Positions 35,067-40,325 of a stretch of 40,325 nucleotides of DNA are shown in pieces. Position 1 is the first letter of the stretch. Every line of letters begins with the position of its first letter. This DNA is from Ionaspis alba (lineage: Eukaryota), in the NCBI GenBank assembly GCA_964255285.1, contig CAXUUL010000063.1, positions 1-40,325 of the forward strand. The letters run 5' to 3'. Both the position numbers and the translations under genes were made by a program. Below the pieces are notes generated by a model. The model was not told the origin of the DNA. It was given only the letters and a program-made list of their open reading frames with translations, and ran no database searches.

Positions 35067-36398
35067 GGCGATCGTTGTTGCTGCGAGAGGAAGTTTGCAT
35101 AGCAAGATGCCGGACAAGGAGACGTGACTTTCTCGTCGATTTTATGGTTTAACAAGATAGGCTAATTAGCTATTCTGCACGTCCTGTAAGATGTCAAAAC
35201 TAGCATAGAATAGTCGTTTGATACATCAAGTAGACACTTCGCTAAGACCTGTTTGTGCGAAGGAGAAGCTAGCTTCAAAGAGGACACAGAGAGCTTCTTG
35301 ATGTAGAGAATCACTTTAATTCCCGAAGATGACTGTGCTGCTGATTTGCTAGGTCGTGTATCTCACCTTAGACACGGTCCTTTTCTTGGCAGCCACGTAT
35401 GTAGTCGAGAGGCTTAGAGCAAAAATCGCATTATTAGGCTATCGTTTATCACTTCCCGCCTTGTCCTCTTCAGCAAGCAAAGCACACTTCACACTTACAC
35501 TTCATGGACTAAAAGCTTACGGCAGACATTGACCTGTCAGAAACATAGACAGCAACGAGTACACAGCTACGCGGTGCAAGCAAAAGCGGGAACACCTCTC
35601 GGCGAATTTCATCGCATAGAGAGTGTCCCCACTATTTTTGCACAGCATAACAGCATCGACCATTTCCTCGGCTGCTGCTCTGTCATAGCCAGTAGAATGC
35701 TGGTCCCATCTCATCAAGTCTGAGCTGTTTTTATTTCCAACAGTCTCGCGTTGTCATCTGAGTCATTTTGTCCTCGAGTAGTCACTAGTCTCTGTGAGGG
35801 TTCCTGGAATCCACAGACATGAGACGCGCGGTCTCCGCCACGAAACACAGCGGGTGGTTGTTTCCGGCAGTAACGACCGACACAAGCACTGTCTGTCCCA
35901 TGATTTCTAAGATATGAAGCTTCAACCTCTGCTTTCTGATATGTCTGTCGCTGTCATGCACATTCAATTGATTTTGTTCATCGTACAGCAAATGCGAGTC
36001 TACTTGTATGAAGTCATTGAGATATCGCACGAGTATGATTGGAGCGCTCGTTACGGATGCTCGCCAGGGACTATACATTGGAAGAACATCCCGCCATGGT
36101 TTCACAACGATAATCTCCCCCAGACTTTCCCCTCCATGGCTGTTTCCCGCGCCACTATCTCTTGATCCAGGCACGGGATCTTCACGGTAGGCCGTTGGTG
36201 AGCGGTTCCTGAGCAGGAAAGCTTCGACAGTACACCTTCCTCTATAATTTCGCTTGATACCTGCAGGATCGGGAAGGTTGTCTTGAGTTGTTGCAGCAAG
36301 TTTTCTACAAAGGCGGCTTCTTGTCATGTATTTCATGAACCGTAATCTCCTCTCAACACCGATACACACTCATTGAGTTGTTCCCTTCAAGCTGCAAA

Positions 36399-37497
36399 AT
36401 GATCCCTTCTTCTCTGCTTCTTCTATACACTCTTTGTGCTCTGAGCGCTCATGCCTTGCCTTCCACTTCCCATGCACCCTGGGTGGCCAGGAGTTGCAAG
36501 AGCAGGAGCAGCAACAGCAACAGCAGCATAAGCTGTCCACCAAACTTTCGCAATGTCGTCTTTAACACTGGTGCACCTCAGAACTCGGGTTGGCCTGACA
36601 AGACGTGGAGCAGCCTATCGAGCAATGGGGTTTCGAATTGGAGTGAGTATTGTCACTGATCGAATTGACATCTCAACGCCCTTTGCTAACGATCATCACC
36701 TCAGTGGGCTTCACCGAAAAAAGCATCAAAGACACTCCGATCTACGACGTCAACGGGCACCCCGCCGCCGTCACTCCAGCACTGGACGCAGCTCAAATCA
36801 GAATTTGCATGGACCCATCCAAAGTAGCTGAAGGCTACTCCCTCATCACCGGTCCCAACCCTCCCGCATACCTCGAACTCTTCAACGAACCCGACTTCTC
36901 CTACATGGGTTACACGCCCCTAACCTCACCCCAAGACTCCGCCAAAGCCCTCGCACCCCTCCTGAACGCCCAGACAACCACTCAGTTCATCTCTCCGGCA
37001 GTGGCCTACACGAACAGTGATTGGCTGACTCAATTCAACGAAGCTTGCGGCAAATGCATCGATAAGCCGGACAGCAAGATCCCAATCATTGGCGCGCATA
37101 TCTACAACCCATCCCCTGATACCGTCATGGACCTGCTGCAGAAATTGCATGCGACTTGGCCGTCGAAGCGGATCTGGATTACGGAGTTGGGCCCTGCCAG
37201 TGATCCGGCTCAGGGGTGTGAACTTGATAAGAAGGGCGTTATCGATTGGATGCAGACGCTATTGCCGCGGATTGTGGGTTTGGGATATGTGGACAGGGTT
37301 TTTTGGAATAGTGGGGAACGTGTAAGTTACTGTGCTGCTTGACATCACCACTTCTTGGGGGTTTTTGTGCTTATGTTGATGTGTGATGGCAGGCTACGCT
37401 CTATCCAAACAATCCGGAGAAGTGCAATCCGGGGTTGACGAATGAGGATGGGAGTCCGACGGATCTGTTGAAGGCTTTTGGACAGATTTGCCAGTGA
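36399..37497 (+). CDS. Secreted GH128-like beta-1,3-glucanase
   Basis: Signal peptide. Clan GH-A motifs LFNEPD and IWITELG, plus SPAV and GAHIY. Introns 36643-36704 and 37322-37392. Confidence 0.8.
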
Positions 37498-38472
37498 TCG
37501 TGGGACTGGATCCTGCCTTCCGCTTTGAGAAGCTCCGGGGAGACTCTGTTTCTTGTATATACATGTATTGCTTGATTCTACATCTTGCGTGTATGGCTCA
37601 TTGTTCTGTAAATAGCAATGCTTTCTATGCTCTTGCTTTCACTCCTAAAAAGAGGCATTATAGTTCTGGTATTCGTTTTTGAAGACGCTGCCATCGAGGT
37701 TTCACTTCTCTCGTTTCGTGCGCGGCTTTTGGCATCATAGACAAAGTATTGGAGATCGAGTATTCTTCCACGTGCTAATGACCGTTGGCCGATCTGAGGT
37801 TTCATATAGATGACAGTCTCTGAAGCTTAGAGGTACCTGCACAATGACGCCTGCTGCCGTGCTTTGATACGTCTATTGCAGATCCAATGTGGTACTCAGT
37901 TCTGGCCAAGAACTTTTATGTCAAAGTGCACAAGCAAGCATAACTTTATGCAATCTCGGCCCATCGTCTTCAACCCGCGACTTCGTCTCGTCTCCGACTT
38001 CCTTTCTTCCTGATCCACATCCTGAATCATGAACCATCAGCCAATCACTTGGCAACGATCATGAACAAGCAAGCACAATTACCGTGATCTGTGTACCGGT
38101 GCAAAGCTAACGTCCCCTGATCAATCCACAAAAAAAAACCGGCGGACCATTAGCGAAAGGCTAATGCGGGGTAAAGGCAAGCTCCCATCTGGGGAAAAGA
38201 CAGTCCGTCGAAGAGGGCCCCAAAACACCCTGACAGGTCCACCCTTCAAGCCACCTCGCGTGCCACTTACCACCCCATGATGCGGCCAAGCATCTCGAGT
38301 GCCCAGCGTCCGGGACAATGGAGAACCCATTGCCGTTGCTGCGGTTTTGCCAACCCTGAATTCTCCGCGTGGAACGAGCCCTGAAGTGTTCTTAATCAGA
38401 GTCTTTCGTACTCTGCTATCTTTGTTCTCTGCCTATCGTTTGTCTCTACTGCTTGCGCTCCGCATCCCCATC

Positions 38473-40222
38473 ATGTATACCGAGAAGCCAATGGCGCTAC
38501 ACCGCGACTCCCTCGATGGCTCGCCCTCTCCCCCTCCGACCGAAAAGAGCGGCATCAGGTATGAGCGTGGTCATGATCCCGAAATGCACCCCGATTTCTC
38601 GCACATAGACGCCAACAAGGTGCTTCGCAAGATGGATCTCCGGCTCATTCCCATGCTGGCTCTTCTCTATCTCCTCTCTTTCCTCGACAGAGGCAATATC
38701 GGCAATGCCAGGATCGAAGGCCTGACGGAGACGCTGCACATGACCGGTCCGGAGTACAATTGGTGTTTGACGGTGTTTTTCTTCACCTACTGCGTGTTTG
38801 AAGTACCTTCGAATTTGCTGCTGAAGAAATTTCGCCCTTCGATATGGTTGCCGTCGATTATGGTGGCTTGGGGGACGGTTATGACGCTCATGGGAATAGT
38901 CCAGAATTACCACGGACTGTTTATCGCTCGTCTATTCCTCGGAATCACTGAGGCAGGTCTTTATCCGGGTGTGGCTTATTATATCACAATGTGGTACTGC
39001 CGATCGGAAGCGCAATTCAGACAAGCACTGTTCTTCAGCGCCGCCAGTGTCGCTGGTGCTTTCTCCGGACTTCTGGCATACGCGATCGCGGTACGTTCTC
39101 ATGTCTCTCCCACTTCTGTCGCGCGTCACTGAATTCTGAGTGCAGAAAATGAACGGAGTCGGTGGTCTTGCTGGCTGGCGATGGATCTTCATCCTTGAGG
39201 GCATCCTTACCGTGATCGTTGCCATCATCGCCTATTTCACCATCTTCGATTTCCCGGAAACTGCTTCCTTTTTGACCGAGGAAGAGCGTGCGTGGGTGGT
39301 GTATAGACTCAAATATCAGGGTAGTTTGAAATCTGGACGCAAGGTTGCGGAGAGTGAAACGTTTCAGTGGAAATATGTCAAGGATGCGTTCACGGATTGG
39401 CAGATCTACGTGGCTCTATTCAGTAAGCATAGTTTCAGGAAGTCCGAAGTCGAACGTGCAAGCTGACTTCTCTTAGTGTACTGGGGTATCGTCTGTCCGC
39501 TTTATGGGTAAGACTCCCTTATCAAGCCTACCACAGCCCTGCTAACATTCCCAGAACATCTCTCTTCCTTCCCACCATTATCAAAGAACTCGGCTACACC
39601 TCCAGCACCGCCCAACTCCTCACCGTCCCCATCTACATCACCGCTGCCGTCCTTGCCGTCGTGACCGCCTGGTTCGCTGACCGCAATTCCTCACGTGTCG
39701 GTCGAGCTCCTTTCATCTTCATCCCTATGTGCTTCATCCTTGTCGGCTTTATCATTGCCATCTCGGCATCTGGTCGTGGTCTTCCAGGTCTAGTCTACGC
39801 AGGCGTCTTCATCGGTGTCTGTGGTATTTACCCTGCTTTCCCTGGTAACATCACCTGGCTCAGCAACAATCTTGCTGGGAGCTATAAGCGAAGTGCGGGT
39901 ATGGCTATTCATATTGGTGTTGGTAACCTCGGAGGAGGTGAGTCCCCAACATTCCCCACGATTCTTGACCGCAAGCATCACTAACGAGGTTATGATAGCT
40001 ATGGCATCGAACTTCTACCGCACATCCGACAGTCCCAAGTACACACTCGGTCACGGGCTCGAAATTCTCTTTTGTTCTTTAGGTCTTCTTGCTGTTCTGT
40101 TGTTGCGGATGAACTATGCAAGGATTAATAAGAAGAGGGATAATGCTGAGATCACTAATCATACGGAGGCGGAGATGAGTCATATGGGTGATAGAGCGCC
40201 GACTTTTAGATATGTTCTCTAG
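38473..40222 (+). CDS. MFS transporter, DAL5/TNA1 (anion:cation symporter) family
   Basis: Motifs KMDLRLIP...LSFLDRGNIGNA, FEVPSNLLLKK, RLFLGITEAGLYPG, GWRWIFILEG. Introns 39091-39145, 39423-39476, 39508-39554, 39938-39998. Confidence 0.93.
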
Positions 40223-40325
40223 AGCTTTTTGTGTATAGCCATTTTATTTCTGGTCTTCTGCTGTTTGAAATTGTTTGTGGTGTTGATCTCTTGTACAGAT
40301 GAATATGATCACTCTTACTATTCAG

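Noticed and set aside
35500..36369. ORFs 35785-36369 (-) and 35914-36165 (+)
   Set aside because: No motifs and no convincing splice structure.

Overview
Eukaryotic, intron-containing DNA from a filamentous ascomycete (Pezizomycotina-type GT..CTRAY..YAG introns, mostly 50-180 nt). Gene order: Myb-like TF (-, truncated) / Myb TF (+) as a divergent pair; BTB/POZ protein; GH16 Crh/Utr2-type wall transglycosylase; an accessory stretch with two related small 'MCxY..C..CxxC' proteins flanking an intronless ORF with a HEPN-like RxxxxH motif; vacuolar alkaline phosphatase (PHO8); DUF498/NDUFAF3; a 742-aa Cys-rich orphan; RPL34 head-to-head with PRP8; COX4; a small membrane protein; a GH128 glucanase; a DAL5/TNA1-type MFS transporter. 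The main feature is PRP8, which carries a full-length intein (about 674 aa) with a LAGLIDADG homing endonuclease. All five 100-N gaps are flanked by exact 55-bp duplications. Collapsing them restores one continuous 3029-aa PRP8 precursor, so the apparent split and frameshift is an assembly artefact. Family assignments come from motif recognition only; no database searches were run.
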